The notes: a model not told the origin generated them from the sequence alone. Positions 48,330 through 61,429 are shown, counted from the whole stretch's first letter. The stretch: 62,950 nucleotides of DNA, filler included, from Octopus bimaculoides (GCF_001194135.2; 7 parts of 7 records of this genome joined end to end with filler, not necessarily neighbours in it), one strand, 5' to 3'. A program made the numbers and translations.

Positions 48330-49076
48330 TCAACCTTTATCATAAATACATACCCCCCTCTCTCTGGAGGTGAAAGGGCCAAGAAAGAATTAAAAGCAGG
48401 AAAAACCAAAACTAAAACAAAAGATGAAACAGCCAAAGAAAGAAGCAGACCTGAATATCCATATAATAAAAAGGATAGAAAGAGATAGCACACACGAATG
48501 TGCAAATTCTACTTGAAAGGTGTCTGCTGGCATGGAGTGGAAGGTGCAGGCTGCCGTTTTGCACACCAAAGACCCCGCCACATAAACATGAAAGAGGGCA
48601 GAAAACACCAGCCAAAAGGGAAGGATTACGCACCACCTACTCCAAAACGGAGGTACGCAGATGTAGTGCGTGCTACAGACCAGACCTATCAACAACTTTG
48701 GTGAGAGGGCAGCGGCTGAACAACAATATTTTTTGTGCATGGCACAAAAGATGGTACAGCAGCTGACCTGGCTACAATCGCACAGATGGGACTATCCCCA
48801 ATACGCAAGACCACCACAGCAAATAGACCCAATATGGGCACCACTGGCAACAACACACACATCACATCGATGCTCTTACTGAATATCAGAGGACTGTTAT
48901 CACTTAGTAACAGGACAAAAATCCCTTTCTTGAGAGACCTTGTTGCTTGCAATCAAGCCTTATGCGTAGCACTTACGGAAACACACCTGAAACCAGATAT
49001 AGGAAATGCAGAAATACACATACCACAGTATGTTGTATTACGGACTGACAGAAAAGAAAGGAGTCATGGTGGAGTT
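48330..49076 (+). mobile_element. 5' part of an APE-type LINE (CR1/L2/Jockey-like group): ORF1 remnant with CCCH-like finger and start of ORF2 endonuclease; rest lies in a gap
   Basis: CKFYLKGVCWHGVEGAGCRFAH (from 48501). ORF 48735.. contains SMLLLNIRGL...ALTETHLKPDI...YVVLRTDRKERSHGGV, the N-terminal APE motifs. Confidence 0.8.
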
Positions 49077-49176
49077 NNNNNNNNNNNNNNNNNNNNNNNN
49101 NNNNNNNNNNNNNNNNNNNNTTAATTAATTAANNNNNNNNNNNNNNNNNNNNNNNNNNNNNNNNNNNNNNNNNNNN

Positions 49177-49231
<55 letters not shown>

Positions 49232-49770
49232 TACGAATGGATGTACATGTCTTTGTAATTATGTATGCATTCATGTATGTATGTATGTTTATAAATATGT
49301 GTTTGTGTACGTGTATTTGTATGTGTGTGTGTACGTATGTATGCAAATAAATACCTGACTACATCGAGCGCTGTCATCATGCTTTGTGTATTTGTTTGTT
49401 TACTTATCTGTTTAGTGAACAGTTGCTCAGTTCTCTATTTCGAATTAATATCTCCTTTAGCTTCTTGCTTGATAGCTCATGAGTAGCAAGGAGTATTAAG
49501 TCTCCAATTATGTCATGTTCCCGTACGAAGTCTACAGCGTGTGTTTCAATATTTGCGTACAATCCCACGCCGTATCACGATAGCAGCAGCCTTTGTGAAG
49601 ACGGCTTCGCTTACAAACACCACCTAGCAGATAGACCACATTCGAGCCAACGCGGAAGCCTTTTGCTACCTAATGTCATATTTACTGCACCTGTCACAAT
49701 GTGAATGATTGAGTCTGGCGCGAATGGCATGTAGGATAATGCTAATATAATGTAGTATTATAGAGTATGG

Positions 49771-49968
49771 TGGCGGCGGTGAGCTTGACGGAATCGTTAG
49801 CACGCCGGGCAAAATGCTAAGCGGCATTTCGTCCGTCTTTACGTTCTGAATTCAGATGCCTTTCAGGGTCGATAAAATAAGTACCAGTTGAATACTAGGG
49901 GCCGATGTAATCGACTTAACCCCCTCCACCGAAATTGCTTACTGTGTACCAAAATTTGAAACCAATCG
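49771..49968 (+). mobile_element. Family B SINE
   Basis: Aligns with 25776-25992, with a small internal deletion. Confidence 0.8.
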
Positions 49969-49989
49969 TATTAAAGGATATATTAGAGC

Positions 49990-50171
49990 AGTGAGCTGGC
50001 AGAATCGTTAGCACACCGGGCGAAATGCTTAGCGGTATTTTGTCTGCCGCCAGGTTCTGAGTTCAAATTCCGCCGAGGTTGACTTTGCCTTTCATCCTTT
50101 CGGGGTCGATTAAATAAGTACCAGTTACGCACTGGGGTCGAAATAATCGACTTAATCCGTTTGTCTGTCCT
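49990..50171 (+). mobile_element. Family B SINE, tandem with the previous copy
   Basis: Near-identical to 28613-28800. Confidence 0.85.
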
Positions 50172-51494
50172 NNNNNNNNNNNNNNNNNNNNNNNNNNNNN
50201 NNNNNNNNNNNNNNNNNNNNNNNNNNNNNNNNNNNNNNNNNNNNNNNNNNNNNNNNNNNNNNNNNNNNNNNNNNNNNNNNNNNNNNNNNNNNNNNNNNNN
50301 NNNNNNNNNNNNNNNNNNNNNNNNNNNNNNNNNNNNNNNNNNNNNNNNNNNNNNNNNNNNNNNNNNNNNNNNNNNNNNNNNNNNNNNNNNNNNNNNNNNN
50401 NNNNNNNNNNNNNNNNNNNNNNNNNNNNNNNNNNNNNNNNNNNNNNNNNNNNNNNNNNNNNNNNNNNNNNNNNNNNNNNNNNNNNNNNNNNNNNNNNNNN
50501 NNNNNNNNNNNNNNNNNNNNNNNNNNNNNNNNNNNNNNNNNNNNNNNNNNNNNNNNNNNNNNNNNNNNNNNNNNNNNNNNNNNNNNNNNNNNNNNNNNNN
50601 NNNNNNNNNNNNNNNNNNNNNNNNNNNNNNNNNNNNNNNNNNNNNNNNNNNNNNNNNNNNNNNNNNNNNNNNNNNNNNNNNNNNNNNNNNNNNNNNNNNN
50701 NNNNNNNNNNNNNNNNNNNNNNNNNNNNNNNNNNNNNNNNNNNNNNNNNNNNNNNNNNNNNNNNNNNNNNNNNNNNNNNNNNNNNNNNNNNNNNNNNNNN
50801 NNNNNNNNNNNNNNNNNNNNNNNNNNNNNNNNNNNNNNNNNNNNNNNNNNNNNNNNNNNNNNNNNNNNNNNNNNNNNNNNNNNNNNNNNNNNNNNNNNNN
50901 NNNNNNNGTGTGTGTGTGTGTGTGTGTGAGTGTTTGAAGGTGTACGTAGGCTTGTGTACATGTGTGCGCATGATGTAATCCTTGTGAAACATGAAAGACG
51001 GTACTGTTGCGGATGGCATACTTTTACGAATAACTCTGTCGGTACAGAATTGATTTGCCAGTACATAACAACCACAGCTTTTTACAAAGTTCATCAGCAA
51101 CAAAGGATATCTATATAAAATCTAGCTGGTGTACGTATAAGTGATATCCCCTTAGTTGGCATACATTTCAACATTAGTTGTGACACACAAACAATACTGA
51201 AAGTGAAGCCTCCAGAAATGATATATTCATAATTTTTCTCTTTATTTTTTTTTTAGTTTGGCCAAAATGCTTAGGGACTTTCACTGGGCGCGATAATGGT
51301 TCACTATATTCACAAGAGCAAGTAGCAAGGAAGTGTATGCCACTTGATGTAGAACAATTATAACTTTGGACTTGGTTGCTGGAGTTTATATCCTTCACCA
51401 ATATAGACCGGTGAAGGACATACATACATACATACATACATACATACATACATGCCATACGTACATACATGCATACATACATACATACATACAT

Positions 51495-51910
51495 AGGCAC
51501 AGGAGTAGCTGTGTGGTAAAAAGCTTGCTTCCCGACCACATGGTCCTCGGTTCAGTCCCACTGCGTGGCACCTTGGGCAAGTATCTTCTATAACCTCAGA
51601 CCGACCAAAACCTTGGGAGTGGATTTGGTAGACGGAAACTGAAAGAAGCCCGTCTTATATATATAGATGTGCGTGTGTGTATACGTTCGTGTGTGTGTGT
51701 GTGTGTATTTGTATGCGTGTCTGTATTTGTATGTATGTGCCTGTGTTTGTCCCCCTCGCCATCGCTTGAAAACCGATACTGGCCTGTTTATGTTTCTGTA
51801 ACGAGGCTAACAAAGAATAAGTCTTAGGGTCGATTTCTTCGACTGCGGTGCTCCAGCCTGGCCGCAGTCAACTAGCAAAAGAAATAAAAGAAGCAAGTAA
51901 AAGAAATAAA
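51495..51910 (+). mobile_element. Family A SINE, near full length
   Basis: Aligns with 55307-55730 and includes the internal (TG)n tract. Confidence 0.85.
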
Positions 51911-52304
51911 CGAAATACATACATACATACATACATACATACATACATGCATGCATACATACATACATACATACATGTATATTTATATTTCACTCTAAGA
52001 AACGTCTCACGTTTGTTCTCCCCATTGCTAACGACGTTACATCTGGCTACTAAGGACTGGATGTGACCTATAACTCATTCCACCTTGATCACAGGTCAGC
52101 CTTCCAGCAACAGTTTTGACCATCTGGATGTTGGGACCTCCAATGCCGAGTGAGTCCCCTGGCTGACACGCACATACGATGTTTCATTTTAGAATTTCGC
52201 TTGCCATTTTCCCCCTTCGCCATCGCTTGGCAACCGATGCTGGCGTGCTTATATCTTTTAAATTCCAATGTGCCTCGCTGTAAGATCGAACACAGATTAA
52301 AAGG

Positions 52305-53042
52305 GGGATCTTTCTGAATTGACGGGCACCACTTTTCATTTATGTTTTATGTAGTGTTTTTGGTACCGAAACACTTTCAAACTTCGTATACTTGTATATT
52401 TTGTAGTATAGAACAGATAAAAAATTTTGTATTCGAAGTTATTTCATGTAAAAAATTGTCGTATTTCGGTAATTTCAACCAATCACTGACGTCTATTGAG
52501 GTGAAAACAATTACTGCTGTGAATTGTGAACACCACGGGTTGTGCGGTGTAATGGGATCTTTTTCCTTGAATAAAATTAGTGCCGTTGTTTGTCAACAAC
52601 AACTATCAGCGGTACTGTTATTTATAACATCGTTCGTGCGTTTGTACTGGTTTTAGCTTTAGAGTTTTAGAGTTAGGGTTCGGGTTTTAGAGTTAAAGTT
52701 AGTTTTAGGGTTAGGGTTAGGGTTATGATTATTTTTGCCATAACCTAACTCATAACCCTAACCCTAACCCGAACCCTAACCCGAACCCTAACCCGAACCC
52801 TAACCCTAAAACCCTAAACCCTTACTAGGGAATAACGATATAATTATCAGCGAATAACGATCTTGACACCGGCAAAAATTATTGTTTACAAAAACAGCAG
52901 TAACTGTATTTAGCTGAATAGACGTCAGTGATTGGTTGAAATTACAGAAATACGACAACTTTAACATGAAATAACTTGCAATATAGAAATTTTTGTTAAG
53001 AAGGCTAAGAGAAAAAAATGCCCGTCAATTCAGAAAGATCCC
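52305..53042. mobile_element. 738-bp foldback/MITE-like palindromic element with central inverted telomere-like arrays
   Basis: Perfect 24-bp terminal IR gggatctttctgaattgacgggca (52305-52328) / tgcccgtcaattcagaaagatccc (53019-53042). A second ~85-bp IR lies at about 52435-52519 / 52895-52979. TTAGGG-like array at about 52650-52725 is followed by a CCCTAA-like array at 52741-52822. Confidence 0.85.
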
Positions 53043-53099
53043 AATAGGGTTGCCAAGCTAAATTCGTGACTACACAACCGAGCTGCATCTTGTTATTTG

Positions 53100-53230
53100 C
53101 TGTTGATGCATTTCGTCCGTCTTTATGTCCTGGGTTCAAATTTCGCTGAGGTTCACTTCGCCTTTCAACTTTTCAAGGTCGCTAAAATAAGTACCAGTTG
53201 AGCACCAGTGCTCAACTGGTACTTATATCT
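53100..53230 (+). mobile_element. Family B SINE fragment
   Basis: gcatttcgtccgtcttta...gggttcaaatttcgctgagg...aaaataagtaccagttgagcac. Confidence 0.65.
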
Positions 53231-53588
53231 ATAGCATTTCTTAAGATCATTATGTGAAGTTGAAAAGTGTTTTTGGTGGCTATTTCTAACTGCTACTGAT
53301 AGAAACTTCTTCTATGTAGCCACATAGAGACACAAAGAAGGGGACTGTTGGACACCGACAAACAAACAATATGGCACACATGTCGATAAGTCATTGGATA
53401 TGTCCGCTGGAGGTAGACAGAAACAGTGTATGGCAGAGATATTTAAAGAACGTTCAACACCCTCAAGGCAGATGCACCAAAATTACAACGACGACGACAA
53501 CAACGACAACAACACTAACAGCAGCAACAACGATATACATCGTTGCTATTCTGTTAAACTGTCGTATGTCCAAATACGTTTTTTCCTA

Positions 53589-53947
53589 TACTCTTTTGTT
53601 TTCGGTCATTTGACTGCGGCCATGCTGGAGCACCGCTTTTAGTCGAGCAAATCGACCCCAGGACTTATTCTTTGAAAGCCTAGTACTTATTCTATCGGTC
53701 TCTTTTGCCGAACCACTAAGTTATGAGGACGTAAACACACCAGCATCAGTTGTCAAGCGACGTTGGGGGGACAAATATAGACACACAAACACACATGAAT
53801 ATATATACATATATACGACGAGCTTCTTTCAGTTTCCATCTACCAAATCCACTCACAGGGCTTTGGTCGGCCCGAAGCTATAGTAGAAGACACTTGCCCA
53901 AGGTGCCACGCAGCAGGACTGAACCCGGAACCATGTGGTTGGTAAAC
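53589..53947 (-). mobile_element. Family A SINE, running into a gap
   Basis: Reverse complement aligns with 55340-55720. Confidence 0.85.
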
Positions 53948-54353
53948 NNNNNNNNNNNNNNNNNNNNNNNNNNNNNNNNNNNNNNNNNNNNNNNNNNNNN
54001 NNNNNNNNNNNNNNNNNNNNNNNNNNNNNNNNNNNNNNNNNNNNNNNNNNNNNNNNNNNNNNNNNNNNNNNNNNNNNNNNNNNNNNNNNNNNNNNNNNNN
54101 NNNNNNNNNNNNNNNNNNNNNNNNNNNNNNNNNNNNNNNNNNNNNNNNNNNNNNNNNNNNNNNNNNNNNNNNNNNNNNNNNNNNNNNNNNNNNNNNNNNN
54201 NNNNNNNNNNNNNNNNNNNNNNNNNNNNNNNNNNNNNNNNNNNNNNNNNNNNNNNNNNNNNNNNNNNNNNNNNNNNNNNNNNNNNNNNNNNNNNNNNNNN
54301 NNNNNNNNNNNNNNNNNNNNNNNNNNNNNNNNNNNNNNNNNNNTATATGTATA

Positions 54354-54388
<35 letters not shown>

Positions 54389-54399
54389 GTGTGTGTTGA

Positions 54400-54607
54400 G
54401 CTTGTGTTTGTTTGACCTCCCCCCCCCAACATCGCTTGACAACCGATGCTGGTGTGTTTATGCCCCAGTAACTTGGCGGTTTGGCAGAATAGACCGATAG
54501 AATAAGTACTAGGCTTACAAAGAATATCCTTGGGTCGATTTGCTCGACTAATGGCGGTGCTCCAGCATGACCGCAGTCAAATGACTGAAACAAGAAAAGG
54601 AATTAAA
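54400..54607 (+). mobile_element. Family A SINE, 3' half
   Basis: atcgcttgacaaccgatgctgg...gcagtcaaatgactgaaac. Confidence 0.85.
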
Positions 54608-54630
54608 GAATATATATATATATGTATATA

Positions 54631-54842
54631 CAGGGTGACGCAAAAGTAGGTTTACAAATATTCAACCTTCCCTGTCACATTCATATATTAACAGTTTAGA
54701 TCTGAATTATGAAAAAATATGAAACCATTATTGTATGTTAATTTAGTTAATTGTAAGATTGAAATTTAAATGTAATAAAATGTATTAAGAGAAATGTTAA
54801 GTGCCTACGTGATAACTGTAAACCTACATTTGGGCCACCCTG
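54631..54842. mobile_element. 212-bp Tc1/mariner-type MITE with TA target duplication
   Basis: TIRs cagggtgacgcaaaagtaggtttaca and tgtaaacctacatttgggccaccctg; TA on both sides. Confidence 0.85.
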
Positions 54843-54893
<51 letters not shown>

Positions 54894-54921
54894 CTGTGTG
54901 TGTGTGTGAGTGTGTGTGTGT

Positions 54922-55293
54922 GGAGGCGCAGTGGCCCAGTGGTTAGGGCAGCGGACTCGCGTTCATCGGATCACGGTTTCGCTTCCCAGACCGGGCGTTG
55001 TGAGTGTTTATTGAGCGAAAACACTTAAAGCTCCACGAGGCTCTAGCAGCGGGTGGTGGCGAACCCTGCTGTACTCTTTCACCACAACTTTCTCTCACTC
55101 TTTATTCCTGTTTCTGTTGTACCTGTATTTCATAGGGCCGGCCTTGTCACACTATGTGTTACACTGAATCTCCCCTACGTTATGGGTACACGCGTCTGTG
55201 GAGTGCTCAGCCACTTGCACGTTAATTTCACGAGCAGGTTGTTTCGCTGATTGGATCAACAGCAACTCTCGTCCTCGTAACCGACGGAGTGCC
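54922..55293 (+). mobile_element. Full-length tRNA-derived SINE (family G)
   Basis: A box tggcccagtgg (54932-54942) and B-box-like ggtttcgcttccc (54975-54987), then a ~300-bp body and a LINE-like tail ending ccgacggagtgcc. A tail-like fragment also occurs at about 43790-43830 (-). Confidence 0.75.
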
Positions 55294-55306
55294 GTAATAT
55301 ATGTAT

Positions 55307-55730
55307 AGGCGTTGGAGTGGCTATGTGGTAAGTAGCTTGCTTACCAAGCAAATGCTTCCGTGTTCAGTCCCACTGCATGGCACCTTGGGCAAGTGTCTTC
55401 TACTATAGCCTCGGGCTGACCAAAGCCTTGTGAATGGATTTGGTAGACGGAAATTGAAAGAAGCCCGTCGTATATATGTATATATATGTATGTGTGGGTG
55501 TGTGTATATGTTTGTGTGTCTGTATTTGTCCCCCCACCCCAACATCACCTGACAACCGATGTTGGTGCGTTTACGTCCCCGTAACCTTAGCGGTTCGGCA
55601 ACAGAGACCGACAGAATAAGTACTAGGCTTACAAAGAATAAGTCCTGGGGTCGATTTGCTCGACTAAAGGCAGTGCTCCAGCATGGCCACAGTCAAATGA
55701 CTGAAACGAGTAAAAGAGTAAAAGTAAAGA
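55307..55730 (+). mobile_element. Family A SINE, full-length reference copy
   Basis: tRNA-like head, CORE-like caccttgggcaagtgtctt, internal TA/TG tract and 3' module ending gactgaaacgagtaaaagag. Confidence 0.9.
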
Positions 55731-56040
55731 ATATTGATAGATAGATAGATAGATAGATGTGTGTGTGTGTGNNNNNNNNNNNNNNNNNNNNNNNNNNNNN
55801 NNNNNNNNNNNNNNNTTAATTAATTAANNNNNNNNNNNNNNNNNNNNNNNNNNNNNNNNNNNNNNNNNNNNTATGCTGAGTAAATGAATATAACGAGTTT
55901 AAATCGCTCTTCACTACATCATTCCAATTTTTATCCTTCTATTCTTTTACTGGTGACTGTCATGACCTGCAGCCATGCTGGGTTTGTAGACAATCATAAT
56001 GAACCTTGTACATATTTCATTCTGGAATTTATTCTTTTAG

Positions 56041-56370
56041 TTACACATCAATGTCTTGCATAGAGAGACTTCTAAACCAGTTTTGCTGGAGTATCAACTT
56101 CTCATTTGACTTCCAGTCAGCGTTGTAGAAGTTCAGACTGAATACGATTTGAGTGCCATCTGTGTGAAATACACCTTTAATTAGTTTTTGATCAAACATC
56201 ATCATTTGTGTCATGTTGTGGTCTGAGAAGATTGTCGGTAATATCTTCACATTGTGAATAGGTTACACATTATTGGCGAAGCAGAGGTTTAAGATGTCAT
56301 TGTTTCTGGTTGGGGAGACTATGGTTTGCTCCCTAAAAAGCATTTTCGCGAGATCAAAGAGAACTGTATG
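56041..56370 (-). mobile_element. APE endonuclease C-terminal fragment of a LINE ORF2
   Basis: EQTIVSPTRNNDILNLCFAN, then after a frameshift LPTIFSDHN (catalytic SDH) and SLNFYNADWK (CR1-like LNFxxADW). Confidence 0.7.
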
Positions 56371-56378
56371 TATGTATG

Positions 56379-56410
<32 letters not shown>

Positions 56411-57626
56411 GAAATCAATTTGAAAATTATTATGATAGGTACAACAACAAAGCTGGTCAGTTTTCGATACTGCTGAATGAGAAACTGCATGTGAGTTACA
56501 TACAAACCTCTTTTAGTTCGCCAGTCAGTTATATTTTCTAAGTGAAGTTCCTTTTCTACCTCTGGGAGCAATGTCTCATGACCCTTCAGTTGAGCCTTTA
56601 TCATAAGATTTAAAAGGTTTTTGTGCATCTACAAAANNNNNNNNNNNNNNNNNNNNNNNNNNNNNNNNNNNNNNNNNNNNNNNNNNNNNNNNNNNNNNNN
56701 NNNNNNNNNNNNNNNNNNNNNNNNNNNNNNNNNNNNNNNNNNNNNNNNNNNNNNNNNNNNNNNNNNNNNNNNNNNNNNNNNNNNNNNNNNNNNNNNNNNN
56801 NNNNNNNNNNNNNNNNNNNNNNNNNNNNNNNNNNNNNNNNNNNNNNNNNNNNNNNNNNNNNNNNNNNNNNNNNNNNNNNNNNNNNNNNNNNNNNNNNNNN
56901 NNNNNNNNNNNNNNNNNNNNNNNNNNNNNNNNNNNNNNNNNNNNNNNNNNNNNNNNNNNNNNNNNNNNNNNNNNNNNNNNNNNNNNNNNNNNNNNNNNNN
57001 NNNNNNNNNNNNNNNNNNNNNNNNNNNNNNNNNNNNNNNNNNNNNNNNNNNNNNNNNNNNNNNNNNNNNNNNNNNNNNNNNNNNNNNNNNNNNNNNNNNN
57101 NNNNNNNNNNNNNNNNNNNNNNNNNNNNNNNNNNNNNNNNNNNNNNNNNNNNNNNNNNNNNNNNNNNNNNNNNNNNNNNNNNNNNNNNNNNNNNNNNNNN
57201 NNNNNNNNNNNNNNNNNNNNNNNNNNNNNNNNNNNNNNNNNNNNNNNNNNNNNNNNNNNNNNNNNNNNNNNNNNNNNNNNNNNNNNNNNNNNNNNNNNNN
57301 NNNNNNNNNNNNNNNNNNNNNNNNNNNNNNNNNNNNNNNNNNNNNNNNNNNNNNNNNNNNNNNNNNNNNNNNNNNNNNNNNNNNNNNNNNNNNNNNNNNN
57401 NNNNNNNNNNNNNNNNNNNNNNNNNNNNNNNNNNNNNNNNNNNNNNNNNNNNNNNNNNNNNNNNNNNNNNNNNNNNNNNNNNNNNNNNNNNNNNNNNNNN
57501 NNNNNNNNNNNNNNNNNNNNNNNNNNNNNNNNNNNNNNNNNNNNNNNNNNNNNNNNNNNNNNNNNNNNNNNNNAAACCACTGGAATAGAGCATTTGATAT
57601 AATTGTGATTTTTTTTTCTAGATATT

Positions 57627-57673
57627 AGGGCAGAAATATAAGGGCAGAAATATAAGGGAAGAAATATAAGGGC
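57627..57673. repeat. 14-bp tandem repeat agggcagaaatata, about 3.4 copies
   Basis: Read directly from the sequence. Confidence 0.85.
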
Positions 57674-58258
57674 ATAATTCAAATAAAAAGAGAAAGAAAA
57701 ACGAAATCAAATTTTTCTATTTATTCACCCAAAGGCTCCATGTTGTTTCACTCAAACTGCTAGAAATAGAGAATGTTGTCTTGACATCTCATATTACATC
57801 ATGCTGTCTTATGTATGATGAAGGGCAGGCATATTGCATAATGCCGTCAAGCCTCGGTACATGCACACTAACACACAGTCAGGGTGGTCATGGCTGGTAC
57901 ATGCTTGATCACGCATCTATTCAGTCCCTGCTCGGTCAGTCCTAAACAACGACGACGACAATGAAAACACCGACAATAACAGCATATGTGTGTGTATGTA
58001 TGTATGTGTGTATGTATGTATGTATGTGTGTATGTATGTATGTATGTGTGTATGTATGTATGTGTGTATGTATGTGTATGCATGTTTCTGTGTATATCAA
58101 AATAATATAGACACCGTTTGAAGAAATAAAAAAAAGGACCCTGTATTTCGACCTTTGCTTGTTGTCTCTATTTTTGATTGCTTTTAACTTTCATCCCTTT
58201 CTGAAGTGGATTAAATAAAAACCAATCAATATGGATCGCACGCACACCCAAACACGCA

Positions 58259-58306
<48 letters not shown>

Positions 58307-59020
58307 NNNNNNNNNNNNNNNNNNNNNNNNNNNNNNNNNNNNNNNNNNNNTTAATTAATTAANNNNNNNNNNNNNNNNNNNNNNNNNNNNNNNNNNNNNN
58401 NNNNNNAAATATATATATATATATATACATGCATTCATACATACGTCCATATTAGTAAAGATACACACATATATACATAGATGCATATGCATACATGTAT
58501 ATAAAACTGAAACATACATACATCCAGACCGACCTACAAAAATAACTTAGACCCACAATCATCAACACAAAGACAATCACACAACCAACGAACTAGGTTC
58601 TAAGCGTTTACTCAATTTTCTAGAAGTAGCAGTCAATTCTACATCAATTCTGATAACAAATGGACACTTTCGATAATGTTTTAGTTGCTTCGCAGCCCCA
58701 TGGGGACTAAAAGTGATATAATCACGGCTGGTGCGCCTATGACTTCAGGAGTCCTTGATCTGGGTTGCCCTGGAGTTAAACAACAACAACAATGACGTCG
58801 ACACCAACAACAACGCACATATTGAATTAGACACGCATTCAAACGCACATTCATAGTGAAAACACACATATAATTACACACTGCTAAGCGCGCGCACACA
58901 CACACACACGGATATTTCCCTCAACGCACTCCCACACAAAGACACAGGCATATATATGTGTGTCTGTATATATATACATATTTGCGTGTGTGTGTGTTTG
59001 TGTGTATATATGTATGTATG

Positions 59021-59068
<48 letters not shown>

Positions 59069-59945
59069 NNNNNNNNNNNNNNNNNNNNNNNNNNNNNNNN
59101 NNNNNNNNNNNNNNNNNNNNNNNNNNNNNNNNNNNNNNNNNNNNNNNNNNNNNNNNNNNNNNNNNNNNNNNNNNNNNNNNNNNNNNNNNNNNNNNNNNNN
59201 NNNNNNNNNNNNNNNNNNNNNNNNNNNNNNNNNNNNNNNNNNNNNNNNNNNNNNNNNNNNNNNNNNNNNNNNNNNNNNNNNNNNNNNNNNNNNNNNNNNN
59301 NNNNNNNNNNNNNNNNNNNNNNNNNNNNNNNNNNNNNNNNNNNNNNNNNNNNNNNNNNNNNNNNNNNNNNNNNNNNNNNNNNNNNNNNNNNNNNNNNNNN
59401 NNNNNNNNNNNNNNNNNNNNNNNNNNNNNNNNNNNNNNNNNNNNNNNNNNNNNNNNNNNNNNNNNNNNNNNNNNNNNNNNNNNNNNNNNNNNNNNNNNNN
59501 NNNNNNNNNNNNNNNNNNNNNNNNNNNNNNNNNNNNNNNNNNNNNNNNNNNNNNNNNNNNNNNNNNNNNNNNNNNNNNNNNNNNNNNNNNNNNNNNNNNN
59601 NNNNNNNNNNNNNNNNNNNNNNNNNNNNNNNNNNNNNNNNNNNNNNNNNNNNNNNNNNNNNNNNNNNNNNNNNNNNNNNNNNNNNNNNNNNNNNNNNNNN
59701 NNNNNNNNNNNNNNNNNNNNNNNNNNNNNNNNNNNNNNNNNNNNNNNNNNNNNNNNNNNNNNNNNNNNNNNNNNNNNNNNNNNNNNNNNNNNNNNNNNNN
59801 NNNNNNNNNNNNNNNNNNNNNNNNNNNNNNNNNNNNNNNNNNNNNNNNNNNNNNNNNTATATATGTATATATATATATATGGGAGAATATACAAAAAATA
59901 ACAACAGACGAGGACAGGTGGTGTAAATAACAAAAGTATATATTA

Positions 59946-59988
<43 letters not shown>

Positions 59989-60519
59989 AATATATATGGT
60001 CAGATAGGGTGTGAAATTAGGGTATTTCGACCTGATTTACTTTTTCTTTTTCTTTTCGTTGATAAATGATAGCCATGTGTTTGTATGTGCCTGTGTATGT
60101 GTGTGTGTGTGTGTGTGNNNNNNNNNNATATGGTGTGTGTGTGTACGTATGTGTGTGTATGTACATATGTATGTATGTGTTTATGTATGCATGCATAGAC
60201 GCAGTAAGGGAGAGAGAGAGAGAGGGAGTGAACAACAGAGATGATATATACAAACGTATCACATGTATATCAATAAAATATATATATGTATATGAATCTG
60301 CCTATTTATAACTATATATAAACATTCATGCATCTTCCTGTATATACTCATCCATACACAAATATATACAAACATACATAGGCGAACATATACATCGGCA
60401 TATACATATACGTGTGGAGGAGGAGGCTTGTATGTGTAACTATGTGTAAACGTAGGCATTTGTGTGTGTGTCCTTTGTCCTTACCAGCGTGTGTGTAAAC
60501 TTTCGCTGATCAAGTGCCC

Positions 60520-60650
<131 letters not shown>

Positions 60651-60903
60651 ATACATATTACTATATATATGCGTGTGCGTAAATTTACACCTGTATATGC
60701 AAACATACATATATGTACATGCACACAAATACACAGAAGTCACGTATATATAATACATACATATATACATACATACATATATACATACATATATATATAT
60801 ATANNNNNNNNNNNNNNNNNNNNNNNNNNNNNNNNNNNNNNNNNNNNTTAATTAATTAANNNNNNNNNNNNNNNNNNNNNNNNNNNNNNNNNNNNNNNNN
60901 NNN

Positions 60904-60947
<44 letters not shown>

Positions 60948-61429
60948 TGTTTTCAAAAATGTTTGGCAGTGACTTCGAAGTTTCAGCTCTGTGAACAGAG
61001 GTAACGGCAGAGTAAATTATCTTAAAAAAAAAACATTGAACGCAGAAGACTACAATCCAAGTCTTTGGAATAAAATAGTCCAACTGCCTGTCACCTCTAC
61101 ACTTCATATATTATTATACGCCCATCATATACATATACACCCTTGTGGCTTGCGTTTATCCTACCTTGGTTGCTGTAATCATATGTATAAGCGTTTGAAA
61201 GTTTGTACGATATAATTCTAAACCGAACACATGCATATTCATATATGTTAATTGTTGTGGCATAGCAATTATTTTACGGTATATAGATAATAAAAACACT
61301 AAATACTATATAGCAGTACGATATATACATACATACACACATATATTATATATGTATATATATATATAGATATATATCTATGTATGTATCAGTAATATGT
61401 ACCAATATACATACATATAAATATATATG

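Noticed and set aside
49614-51118. Two phase-compatible - strand exon candidates near 49614-49689 and 51030-51118
   Set aside because: The joined peptide is unrecognisable and the acceptors are mediocre, so support is insufficient.
51257-51363. Possible + strand terminal exon WPKCLGTFTGRDNGSLYSQEQVARKCMPLDVEQL*
   Set aside because: Good acceptor and protein-like sequence, but no upstream partner exon or family could be identified; it needs RNA-seq.
52650-52822. Ancestral chromosome (telomere-telomere) fusion site
   Set aside because: The arrays are short, degenerate and enclosed by non-telomeric nested inverted repeats, which fits a mobile palindrome better.
54922-54995. Functional tRNA genes at SINE heads (also 5494-5560 and family A/B heads)
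   Set aside because: A/B boxes are present but no complete cloverleaf forms, and each head continues into a repeat body.
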